In this document: positions 55,655-63,843 of the stretch, piece by piece | How positions within the stretch are numbered: the stretch's first letter is position 1 | Layout of the letters: each line of letters opens with the position of its first letter | NCBI GenBank assembly: GCA_963799735.1 | Contig: CAWCYP010000042.1 | Location: 1,384-65,383 of the forward strand | Source of the DNA: an uncultured Solirubrobacterales bacterium | GTDB lineage: Bacteria > Actinomycetota > Thermoleophilia > Solirubrobacterales > Solirubrobacteraceae | Direction of reading: 5' to 3' | DNA length: 64,000 nucleotides | Translations under genes and position numbers: made by a program | The notes under the pieces: generated by a model | What the model saw: only the letters and a program-made list of their open reading frames with translations | Database searches by the model: none | What the model was told of the DNA's origin: nothing

Positions 55655-56041
55655 ACGTCTGCGCTGGCGAACTGCCGCGCCGTGCGAACGACGGGGACGA
55701 AGTCCTCGGGTGTCTTGCCGTTGCGCAGCAGCCCGATCGGAGCTTGGTCGCCGAGACGGCTGTTGGTTCGAACAGCCACGCCTTGGCGGTTTCGGCGTCG
55801 TAGCAGTCGCGGATCATGCGCACGACCTTATAGCCCTCCCGCAGCCGCAGCTCGACCTGCGTGGTCGGTGTCGGCCCGCCGGGCTTGCGGTAGCGGCCGA
55901 TCTGTTGACATCGTTGAGGCCGGCGAGGTAGGCCGTCATCCGCTGCCCCAGAGCATCCTGCAGGAGGCCGGCGATCGTGGCGATCGGCAGCTTGGTCGCA
56001 TCGTCTTCGAGCTTCTCGGCGGCGCGTAGAACGAGTGGCAT
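55651..56041 (-). CDS. Xre/MbcA/ParS-type antitoxin (frameshifted)
   Basis: LGQRMTAYLAG; AKAWLF..N.RL.DQAPI.LLR; GTGA overlap with the RES gene. Confidence 0.8.
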
Positions 56042-56136
56042 GGTGGTTCTCCTTTCTTTGTGGTCAGGATACTACCATCCGCACACTCTAAAACAACCCG
56101 CTAGAACATACTCTCATCCTGCTCGATCACGGCTGC

Positions 56137-56202
56137 GCGCATGCGAGGCAGAGCTGGGGTTCGCAGGGCTACTGGCGGCCTGGCGCCCACGACGATCGGA
56201 GG
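56137..56202 (+). repeat. Intergenic repeat R3 (right part of the unit, ending at the ohr RBS)
   Basis: GCGCATGCGAGGCAGAGCTGGGGTTCGCAGGGCT...GGCCTGGCGCCCACGACGATCGGAGG. Confidence 0.85.
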
Positions 56203-56206
56203 CAAC

Positions 56207-56706
56207 ATGGCGAAGGTGCTTTACACAGCGGAGGCGACCGTCACCGGCGGGCGGGCCGAAGGTCACGGCCGCACCAGCGATGGGGTGTTGGATGTCGAGC
56301 TTCGCAGCCCGCCGGAGCTGGGCGGCGAAGGTGGTGGGACCAACCCCGAGCAGCTGTTCGCGATCGGGTACGCGGCCTGCTTCGAGAGCGCGTCGGCGTG
56401 GTGGGGCGTCGCGAGCGGGCCGAGGTCGGAGACGTGTCGATCGACAGCCGCGTCAGCCTGTTGCCGATCGAGGGCGGAGGCTTCGGGCTCGCCGTGGCGC
56501 TCGACGTGAGCCTGCCGCAGATCGATGACCCCGAGCAGGCCGTCCGGATCGTCGCCGCCGCGCACAAGGTCTGCCCGTACTCGAACGCGACGCGGGGCAA
56601 CATCGAGGTGCAGCTGACCGCCAACGGGCAGGCGGTTGATCGACCGGACTATGGCGAGAATTGGCTCTTTTCCATTCACGAGCACCCGCCGGCGCGAAGA
56701 AGCTGA
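56207..56706 (+). CDS. ohr: Organic hydroperoxide resistance protein (frameshift near 56390)
   Basis: [29 protein letters not shown]. Confidence 0.93.
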
Positions 56707-56835
56707 CGGAGCTCCCCCGGGATTCCTGCCGGCTCGACGGGAGAGGGGAGAGGGAGAGAGAGAAGCGTATGCGAGGCTGGGCTGGGGTTTACAGGACTGG
56801 GCTTGTGGCCCGGCGCCCACGACGACGATCGGAGG
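56703..56835 (+). repeat. Intergenic repeat R4 (longest copy)
   Basis: Contains the R1 left block, purine tract, R2/R3 middle block and the R3 GGCGCCCACGACGA..TCGGAGG tail. Confidence 0.85.
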
Positions 56836-57220
56836 ATGCGGCCTGATCTTCGAGAGCGCGCTCGGCGTACCGCGCGGGCAGAAGCGCATCCTCTCATTGA
56901 GCGTCCGCTCATGTACCGGCTGCGCCACGGACGGGTGGCGTGGCGCAACGTGGCTGGAGACCGAGGCCGCGCGGTTCTGGCTCTGTGCCGGCGCGCAGCG
57001 CGAGGAGGGCTCTGGCGAGGACGCCTACGAGATCTTCGCCGCACTGCATCGAGCCGAACGACTGCTACCCGATGACGATGACCGGCCGCGTGATGAGCTT
57101 GAGCGCATTGCGACTCAGGCAACCGACGGGCGCTTCGTCGAGGAGCGACTCCGAGACGTCCTCTTCGGCTTGGTCCTGGACGCCGCGGAAGCGGAGCTGT
57201 GGGAGCCCCGCGCGGACTGA
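56836..57220 (+). pseudogene. Fragment of an unknown gene, possibly toxin-like
   Basis: YRLRHGRWRGATW...FWLCAG..REEGS..DAY; no intact N-terminus. Confidence 0.4.
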
Positions 57221-57555
57221 CCCTCGGGTGAGCCGGCGTGGTTCGAGGTCGCGCGCCTCGGCCTGCGCTGGCCGATCTTCGATCGGTCACCAAGCTGATC
57301 GGAAGAGACACCGCCGACTCGCTCGACATCGGCCTCACCGACACCCAACGAGTACGCGAGCGTGGACGTCTTGCCGCCCAGCAGCGCCTCCTGCGCGCGC
57401 TCCATGCGCTGTACAAACTGCTCGCGGTGATGTTCGACGTACTCGTCGACCGCGCGCTCGACAAGCTCAGCCTGCTTCAGGCCCGCCATCAACGCTGCGT
57501 AGCGGACCTTCTCCTTGGTGGCTTCATGGACCTTGATCGGGGACTGCGCTCGCAT
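57115..57555 (-). CDS. RHH/CopG-like DNA-binding protein (antitoxin-like; 3' end uncertain)
   Basis: SPIKVHEATKEKVRYAA...QAELVERAVDEY. Confidence 0.6.
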   Translation of the reverse strand: MRAQSPIKVHEATKEKVRYAALMAGLKQAELVERAVDEYVEHHREQFVQRMERAQEALLGGKTSTLAYSLGVGEADVERVGGVSSDQLGDRSKIGQRRPRRATSNHAGSPEGQSARGSHSSASAASRTKPKRTSRSRSSTKRPSVA

Positions 57556-57719
57556 TATGGGTCACTCGGTACTTCGGTACTGCTGAGAATACCATGTTGC
57601 ACTGGCGGGCGAGCCCGCCACGATGCCCGACGGTCAATACACCCGGGCGGGGCGAGTCGCCCCGCCCGCCGGACACGCGTGGGAGGTCCTCGGCGGCCGG
57701 CGTCAATGGCTGTCCGTGG

Positions 57720-58217
57720 CTATGCATTTGGACTGGCGTGCAATGCCTCCAAGAACTCGACCTGCGCTTCGACATACGCAGGAACCTGGAGCCTGTTGGG
57801 ATGTTCGCCCATCTCAGCCGCGTCGAAGAAGTCCTGCGCTTGCGCGAGCCCGAAGTGCTCGCGCAGCATCTCCCACGTCTCCGGGCGCCAGCGCTCCCAC
57901 TGTATGCCCATGTTCATCACGTCCGTCATATCCATGATCGCGTGGCCGTCCGCAATGGCTCTGGCCAAGAGCTGTTGGGTGTGCGCTCGGCGCTCTTGCT
58001 GGGGGCGCTGTTCCAGCGCCAGACGCCCCTTGTACTCGGCTCGGGTCGTCAAGGCGAAGCTCACCGCGAGCAACCACAGCGCCACGATCGCAACCCACGC
58101 CCAATAGTGACGAGCCGTAGCGAGGAATGCCGCGCAGTGACAACGGAGACGGCAAAGCCCAGCAGATTGAGCCATCGCTGCCCCGTTTGCGTGAGCCAGC
58201 CCACTCCCCTGGAGCAT
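57720..58217 (-). CDS. Hypothetical membrane-anchored protein
   Basis: TM WAWVAIVALWLLAVSFAL followed by a helical domain. Confidence 0.5.
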   Translation of the reverse strand: MLQGSGLAHANGAAMAQSAGLCRLRCHCAAFLATARHYWAWVAIVALWLLAVSFALTTRAEYKGRLALEQRPQQERRAHTQQLLARAIADGHAIMDMTDVMNMGIQWERWRPETWEMLREHFGLAQAQDFFDAAEMGEHPNRLQVPAYVEAQVEFLEALHASPNA

Positions 58218-58326
58218 AGTGGCCGCTCAACCTGCGATATGAATTACCTACGTGTCCGCGTGGGCGTCGTCGGGCCCCCCGCCCAGATTCATCCGTGGCC
58301 CAGCGTAGATCGGCCACGCTGCGTTG

Positions 58327-58367
58327 CAGAGCCCTACAGGACCCGCCCGCGATGGCCGATATTGCTC
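58327..58367 (+). promoter_or_regulatory. Sigma28/WhiG-type promoter candidate (shared with 42975-43015)
   Basis: TACAG-N15-GCCGATAT. Confidence 0.5.
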
Positions 58368-58433
58368 GCGGGAAGTCGCATAGGACGGATGCTGATGACG
58401 CCGAAGCACGACATACCAGAGGAGGCTGTGGCG

Positions 58434-58898
58434 ATGAGCGCCCCAGACAACACGCAACAGAGCAGGTCTGACGCGCAGAAAGAAGCGGAGATACTGATTC
58501 GCAAACGGCTGTCCAAGAAGCTAGGCGTCGCCCTGACACCACAGCGGCTGTGGCTGGACGGGCCGGGGGGCGCCTATGTGGATGTGGACGGCGTCGGGCC
58601 GAACGAGTCGGTTCTTGTGGAGATATTCGCGCACCAGGGGCGACTGAAGGGAGGCCAGCGCCATAAGGTGACGGGCGACGCGTTGAAGCTCATCACGCTG
58701 GCGCGGACCCGACCCGCGAGCAAGCTCATTATCGCGCTCTGTGATCAAGCGGCCGCAGACGGCCTGGTCGGCTGGCTGGCGGAGGCCCTCGACGTCTGGG
58801 GGATCGACAGGCAGGTCGTCAAGCTCCCAGATGACGTTTGCGACGGTCTCAAGGCTGCGCAACTGCGCCAGAATATGGTCAACCCGAGCTCCGACTAG
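58434..58898 (+). CDS. Hypothetical PD-(D/E)XK-like protein, copy B
   Basis: VDVDGVGPNESVLVEIFAHQGRLKGGQRHK; GGAGG RBS. Confidence 0.8.
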   Translation: MSAPDNTQQSRSDAQKEAEILIRKRLSKKLGVALTPQRLWLDGPGGAYVDVDGVGPNESVLVEIFAHQGRLKGGQRHKVTGDALKLITLARTRPASKLIIALCDQAAADGLVGWLAEALDVWGIDRQVVKLPDDVCDGLKAAQLRQNMVNPSSD

Positions 58899-58972
58899 TC
58901 CCCGTGCCCGCGTCGCGGGCCCGCACGGGCTGATGAAAATGGGGGATGATGTGGTGGTCGCCCGGGACGCCG

Positions 58973-59440
58973 ATTGATCGTCGTGGATGAGGCGCACGCG
59001 CTGCGCAACGAGGACACGAGCTGGTATCGAGCGATGGAGCGGCTGCCGGGCGGCACGCCCAAGCAGGTCGTGCTGCTGACAGACGCCGATCGACAACGGG
59101 CTGTGGCTTCTACAACCTCGTGATGCTCTTCGCCCGCCACGACCGGGCCTTCACCGGCGCGGGGATCGACTCCGTCAGGAGTCTCTTCATCGCGGCGGGC
59201 GCCAACAGCCGCGATCCGGAGAACCTCGACCCGGACGTGCTGTATCCGCTGGCTGACGCGGTGAGCGTACGTCGCGACCGCGTGTTCATCGAGCGCAAGT
59301 ATGAGGGCGCCACCTTCCCGGACGGCACCCCGATCCGGTTTCCGAAGTCGACGCTGCGCACGCGCCGCTACGACCTCGACGTGGCCCATCCGGGCCTGTT
59401 CGAACGCATCACCGACGAGATCGATGAGCTACTGGCGGGT
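58973..59440 (+). pseudogene. Internal fragment of an SNF2/SF2 helicase
   Basis: LIVVDEAHALRN, VVLLT.TPIDN; no Walker A or helicase C domain. Confidence 0.75.
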
Positions 59441-59549
59441 AATCCGTCGACCTCGGCCAGGGAAGGGGCACAGCGCCAGGCCGGCGGGCGGGGGGCGAGG
59501 CTGATCACCGCTCCGCTCCTGCGTCGCGTCGCTCGATAAGGTTTTCCGC

Positions 59550-59732
59550 ATGACCCAAGACGAGGAGCGCACACAACCGCCGCCAGAGCCTTCGCCGCCA
59601 GAGCCGGCTCAACCAGCGCCGGACACGAAGGCGGAGGCGGTAACCGACCGATGTCAGGTCGTCGATTCGCGGCGCGGACGATGCCGTCTCAGGGCTGGGC
59701 ACAGCGTGCCTCACAAGTTTGAGTTCGTGTAG
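59550..59732 (+). CDS. Small Pro-rich hypothetical protein
   Basis: 60-aa ORF with C-x8-C-x5-H-x3-H (possible metal site). Confidence 0.4.
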   Translation: MTQDEERTQPPPEPSPPEPAQPAPDTKAEAVTDRCQVVDSRRGRCRLRAGHSVPHKFEFV

Positions 59733-59781
59733 GTACCGGCTGTTGGGGCCATCCCCGCCCCACGGGCGCCACGTGCAAAGC

Positions 59782-59809
59782 TAAAGCCCGCTCCCCCGGA
59801 GACCGACTA
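59782..59809 (+). promoter_or_regulatory. Sigma28/WhiG-type promoter candidate
   Basis: TAAAG-N15-ACCGACTA. Confidence 0.4.
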
Positions 59810-59925
59810 TAGGGCCATAAAAGCCCTCAAGATCCTCAGCGGCACCCTCCTCGTTGTCTTGATCGTCTCGGCGATCGCGTCGGGGATGACCAAGGGTAGT
59901 CCGAGGCCGGCAAGGAGGTAGGGGC

Positions 59926-60694
59926 ATGGCGCGGGAGACAAAGTTCCAGTTTGCTAACTACGATGGGGGCCTACGAAGTCATTCGACGCCAGAGCCGAGC
60001 GGCACCCTCGATCTTGGCGCCTAGCGGCAAGTGGGAGCTGCACTACGATGGCGGCTTCGGCAAACGGGACAAGTGGATCTATGGGGGTATCCAGCGGTAT
60101 CCGTTCGCGGTGAGCGAGACCTCACCGTCCTCGTGTCGCGTGACCCTTCGCGACACTCAAGATTCGACCATCAGCGCCGGCTTCGATCTCCCAGAAACGC
60201 CAGCCTCCGTGCTCCACGAGGCGCTGGCCGCGCAGGGGCAGTCGGTGGCGCGAGGCCCGGTCGTGGCAAAGTTCTCCCCCGGCCTGACTGCTATCCGGGT
60301 CTATCGGGACGGTACGATCGAGTCGAAAATGCACGGCAGTGGCTCAATCATCGGGGCCACTGCTCGCATCGATCAGTCGGGTAGCGAGCGGATATTGCGA
60401 GATACACGTCAGGCATTCCTGACGATCGAGGGGCCACATGTGGCCATCTCCGCCAAACTCGGGGCGAATAGTGGATCGGTCGTTGGGGCGGCGAGAAAGT
60501 TCGCCGCCACGATCAACCAGCTTGCCCAGCAGCTCGGGCCGGCGGCTGCTTCAGCGCCGGCGGCTTCAGCGCCCGCGCCAGCGGAGATCTCGATCCCTGA
60601 TCAGATCGGCAAGCTGGCCGAGCTACGGGACAAGGGCGCACTCACCGAGGATGAGTTCGAGGCGAAGAAGGCTGAACTCCTCAAGCGCATCTAA
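59926..60694 (+). CDS. SHOCT-domain protein (5' frameshift)
   Basis: C-terminal DQIGKLAELRDKGALTEDEFEAKKAELL. Confidence 0.8.
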
Positions 60695-61050
60695 CGATCA
60701 GCCGCGAGCGTCTGAAGCTGCTTTCACCAGCGCTCTGAGCCTCTCCCCCGGTGCCGCTCTTACCGCCCCTTCGCCACGGACTTCTTGAGCGCCTCCAGTC
60801 GGCTTGTGACCCCGGCGATCTGCTCCGCAACGGACGCTGTCGGGCACCCTCCGGCGGCGAGCTCCTCGGCTCTGTCAAGAGCGTCGACGGCCTCGGGCAC
60901 AGCCGCCGACCAGGCACAGCCGCCAACCATCCGCATGCGGTCGTAGCCTCAGCGTGATGAACGACGAGCGCTCCGAACCCCGAGCCCCGGCAGCCTCGAG
61001 GTACCCGCCTGCCTGATGGGGAAGGTCCCACAACCGGACCGGCAGCCGCC

Positions 61051-61767
61051 GTGCCTTCTCCGCCAGCGGAGCTTCTTGATCCCAAGACGGAGGCGACGGT
61101 CGATGCGTTGCTGGAGACCGTTCGGCACCTCTTGGCAGAAGAGAACTCGCGCGATCAGAGCTTCAACACGCGCGGTGTCGGTCTCGCCGGGTTCGTGGGG
61201 ATCGTCGTGTCGCTGAGCACAACGCTCGGCCACGATGCCCTCGCCGCAAACTGGGGCGCCCCGTGGAAGGGCATAGCTGTTGGTCTCTTCGCCGGCGCGC
61301 TCGCGTCGTTGGTTGGCAGCGTGGTGGTCGTGGTCACCAAAGTGCTGCGTCCACGTGAGTCTGCGAGCCTTGGCATCGCGGAGGTCGAAAAGTACCCGCT
61401 GCCGGAGTACATCTACAGGCCGAAGGTGATGAATCAGGGCAGCGTCATGCGCGGGTTGATCGACGCCCTCGTCATCGAGCGCTCACGTGCGGGACCGAAG
61501 GCCACCGGGCTGCATTGGGGCTACAGGCTGCTCCTTGTGGGACTGGCCTGCATCTCTATACTCGGGTTTCTACTCGGACTTCACGACGCCAAGTTGATCG
61601 GGGTGCCACGTGCCGGACGAACCCTCCAGCCAGGAACAACCATCTGCACCAGAACCGGCCGCGCCAAGTGCGCCCACGGAGAACGAGCCGCAGCCGCCGG
61701 CCGCCGAGCCATCCCCGTTCGTCGTTCCGAACATGGACTTGGTGGAGAAGGAAGCCAAGGGCGATAG
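61051..61767 (+). CDS. Three-TM membrane protein (true end possibly near 61612)
   Basis: Three hydrophobic helices; LRPR after TM2; K...L before TM3. Confidence 0.65.
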   Translation: MPSPPAELLDPKTEATVDALLETVRHLLAEENSRDQSFNTRGVGLAGFVGIVVSLSTTLGHDALAANWGAPWKGIAVGLFAGALASLVGSVVVVVTKVLRPRESASLGIAEVEKYPLPEYIYRPKVMNQGSVMRGLIDALVIERSRAGPKATGLHWGYRLLLVGLACISILGFLLGLHDAKLIGVPRAGRTLQPGTTICTRTGRAKCAHGERAAAAGRRAIPVRRSEHGLGGEGSQGR

Positions 61768-61780
61768 CGAGCGACGATGA
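61610..61780 (+). CDS. 56-aa Pro/Glu-rich peptide (below the ORF-track cutoff)
   Basis: VPDEPSSQEQ...EPSPFVVPNMDLVEKEAKGDSERR*; ATGA overlap with the next ORF. Confidence 0.5.
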   Translation: MPDEPSSQEQPSAPEPAAPSAPTENEPQPPAAEPSPFVVPNMDLVEKEAKGDSERR

Positions 61781-61983
61781 GCAGGATGACTGACGACAGC
61801 CCATTCGCACGACCCGCTGTGATGTTGGGCTATCCGCTCGATCCGGCCGAGAGGGCTGCGGTCGAGCACGCCCTGAGCGAGGTCGAGCACGCTAGATCCA
61901 ACGGCTCTGCCCCCAGGACGCCAGAACCATCTGGCCCGATGAATCACAACCAGCAGGACGACCCGACAGTCGCCAAGTCATGA
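61777..61983 (+). CDS. Small hypothetical protein
   Basis: MTDDSPFARP...; translationally coupled. Confidence 0.45.
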   Translation: MSRMTDDSPFARPAVMLGYPLDPAERAAVEHALSEVEHARSNGSAPRTPEPSGPMNHNQQDDPTVAKS

Positions 61984-62156
61984 TCGACCCCGCAGAAGCC
62001 CGGCTCCGATTCTCGACCCAGTAATCGTGATGATCCCGCCGCCAAAGCGGAGCCCGTCCGAGTTGTGCCAGAGAGCAACCTGCCGGAGAATAGGCTTACG
62101 TCGCCCTTCCCGCTCCATCCAGTTGATCGTCTCGAAGAGAGCGATCAGTCCGTCAA

Positions 62157-62290
62157 GTGACGGCTTGCTCCAGCTTTTCGGCTGAGAGCCGGTCGTTTGG
62201 GCAGTGCTCGGTGCCGTAGCGGTGGCGCGTGAAGCAGGTGTAGTAGGTGTAGCGGCCGTTGCGCCCGTGGGCCGCGTTCCCGAAGGGGCC
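62157..62290 (-). pseudogene. Large serine recombinase zinc-ribbon fragment
   Basis: GNAAHGRNGRYTYYTCFTRHRYGTEHCPNDRLSAEKLEQAV. Confidence 0.75.
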
Positions 62291-62377
62291 GCGAAGTCCC
62301 CGTGGCAACGGGCGGAGATAGGTGCTCAGCCGCTCGGCGCTGAAGAGGCGCTCGAGGTGGCGTACTGGTCATGTCAT
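62287..62377 (-). pseudogene. N-terminal fragment of an Abi_2/AbiF-like protein
   Basis: LERLFSAERLSTYLR..CHGD. Confidence 0.6.
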
Positions 62378-62405
62378 CGGCGATCGTCAGCGCTACCATA
62401 AGAGG

Positions 62406-62470
62406 TGAAGACACCGGAACGGTCCCTGCGCAAGTCTCTCTCGGGAGACGGGCCAAACCGCCGGGGTTTC
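62406..62470 (+). ncRNA. Candidate structured small RNA associated with the Abi-like gene
   Basis: TACCAT -10 at 62394; nested stems CCGG/CCGG, GGTCC/GGGCC, GTCTCT/GGAGAC around unpaired TGCGCAA. Confidence 0.5.
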
Positions 62471-62653
62471 GGTTCGTTCCGACGATGACACGGCGGCCGT
62501 CCGGCTCACCCAAGCGGGGACACCTACCCATGCCATCAAACGACATGAGCCCGCCAGGGAGCCGCGCGGGAGCGGTTCGTGTTGACTTCGGCTGGCTCCA
62601 TTGGAGAATCACTTGCAACTGAGCCGTTTTCAGGCTAACTCCATAGAACCGGA

Positions 62654-63196
62654 TCAGCGGTGCGTCAGCTCAGCAAGCGGCGCGGTCAGTTCTTCCGCTT
62701 CGCTCGGCTCGATGCCCTCAAGCCGGGATGCGAGCAGGCTCGTCAGGATCCCGACCTTCGCGGTGAGCTTGACGACCGGGTCCTCCATGAGACCGCGGTA
62801 GAACTGGAGCTCGGGCTGGCTCGCGTTTGTGATCGAGAACGCGGTGATCAGCCCGACCGTCTCGAATAGGCGCCGGCTGCCCTTGCGCCAGTGCGCGATC
62901 AGCCCGTGGTCAGCCCAGTATCTGACCTGCCGCTCAGACATCCCGGTCAGCTGAGCGATCTCGCCGCTGCTCAGCGGGTAGCGGTGACCGACCGCTGCGC
63001 TCGGGTCGAGGACGACCTGTTGCTGGCGGCGCTTCAGCCGTGGCCACAGCGCGCGCACGCGCGGGTCGCGCAGCACGCGAGCCTGGTCCAGGCGCTCCCG
63101 ACGCTCCGGCGAGACCTCCGCGGGGCGCATACTCCCGCGGCGAGGCGCCGGCTGCTTCACGGCGCTGTTATGTCCACCCCTGGCCACGTCGCGCAT
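62654..63196 (-). CDS. MerR-type HTH protein
   Basis: LSSGEIAQLTGMSERQVRYWADHGLI. Confidence 0.8.
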   Translation of the reverse strand: MRDVARGGHNSAVKQPAPRRGSMRPAEVSPERRERLDQARVLRDPRVRALWPRLKRRQQQVVLDPSAAVGHRYPLSSGEIAQLTGMSERQVRYWADHGLIAHWRKGSRRLFETVGLITAFSITNASQPELQFYRGLMEDPVVKLTAKVGILTSLLASRLEGIEPSEAEELTAPLAELTHR

Positions 63197-63367
63197 CCTA
63201 GCACAGAAACTGACAAGTGGTTGTCAGTCTTCGTCGATGATCGACCAGCAGTACACCGGTATCTCGATGAGGAGCTTGGAGCGTGACCTCCGTCATCTTC
63301 GGGAAGCTGGCGTAATCGAGTTCGTTGGCGCTCCACAGACCGGCTTTTACCGCCGTAAGTGAGCGCT

Positions 63368-63436
63368 CTGCCACACTCTGCCACACTCTGCCAATCACCG
63401 CCATACACCGCCAATCACCGCCACACTCTGCCACTT
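63368..63436. repeat. Seven-unit array with exact 10-bp period
   Basis: CCACACTCTG x2, CCAATCACCG, CCATACACCG, CCAATCACCG, CCACACTCTG, CCACTT. Confidence 0.9.
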
Positions 63437-63669
63437 CCTCGGCCAGCAGCAGCTGGAACGTCTGGTGGGCGCAGCGCAGGTGCTGTTCGTGCTCTGCTCG
63501 CGGGGCGCGCTCGCCGTGGGAGAGCACTCCGGCGAAGAGTAGTTGGCACATGTGAAAGTAACTGGGCGGTCCGGCTCATACGACTGGGTGGGCACTGACC
63601 AACCGTCCCGACCCAAAGGCGTTCACGAAATTCTCACCTTGGAGGGGGAGAGAGAGCTAGGATACGGCT

Positions 63670-63843
63670 ATGACGACGGATGAGACCAGCGCCCGCAGCC
63701 TTCTGGACAGCGTCTTCGCCTCCATACAGGAGCGGCAAGCCAAGGCTGCTGAGCGCCAGCGCCTGAAGGTCGAATCCCAGCTGGCGATCGAACGGCTGCA
63801 CCGGGCCGTCGCGGCTCTCAAGGCCGCCCGGCCTTACGCTTAG
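63670..63843 (+). CDS. 57-aa helical hypothetical protein
   Basis: MTTDETSARSLLDSVFASIQERQAKAAERQRLKVESQLAIERLHRAVAALKAARPYA*. Confidence 0.45.
   Translation: MTTDETSARSLLDSVFASIQERQAKAAERQRLKVESQLAIERLHRAVAALKAARPYA

Noticed and set aside
52571-56835. R1-R4 as CRISPR repeats or canonical attC sites
   Set aside because: Intervals are 0.5-2.2 kb and contain genes, no cas or intI gene is present, and no RYYYAAC...GTTRRRY ends were seen.
63368-63436. 10-bp array as a CRISPR array or the mraZ/dcw promoter
   Set aside because: There are no spacers, and no mraZ or dcw gene is adjacent in the window.
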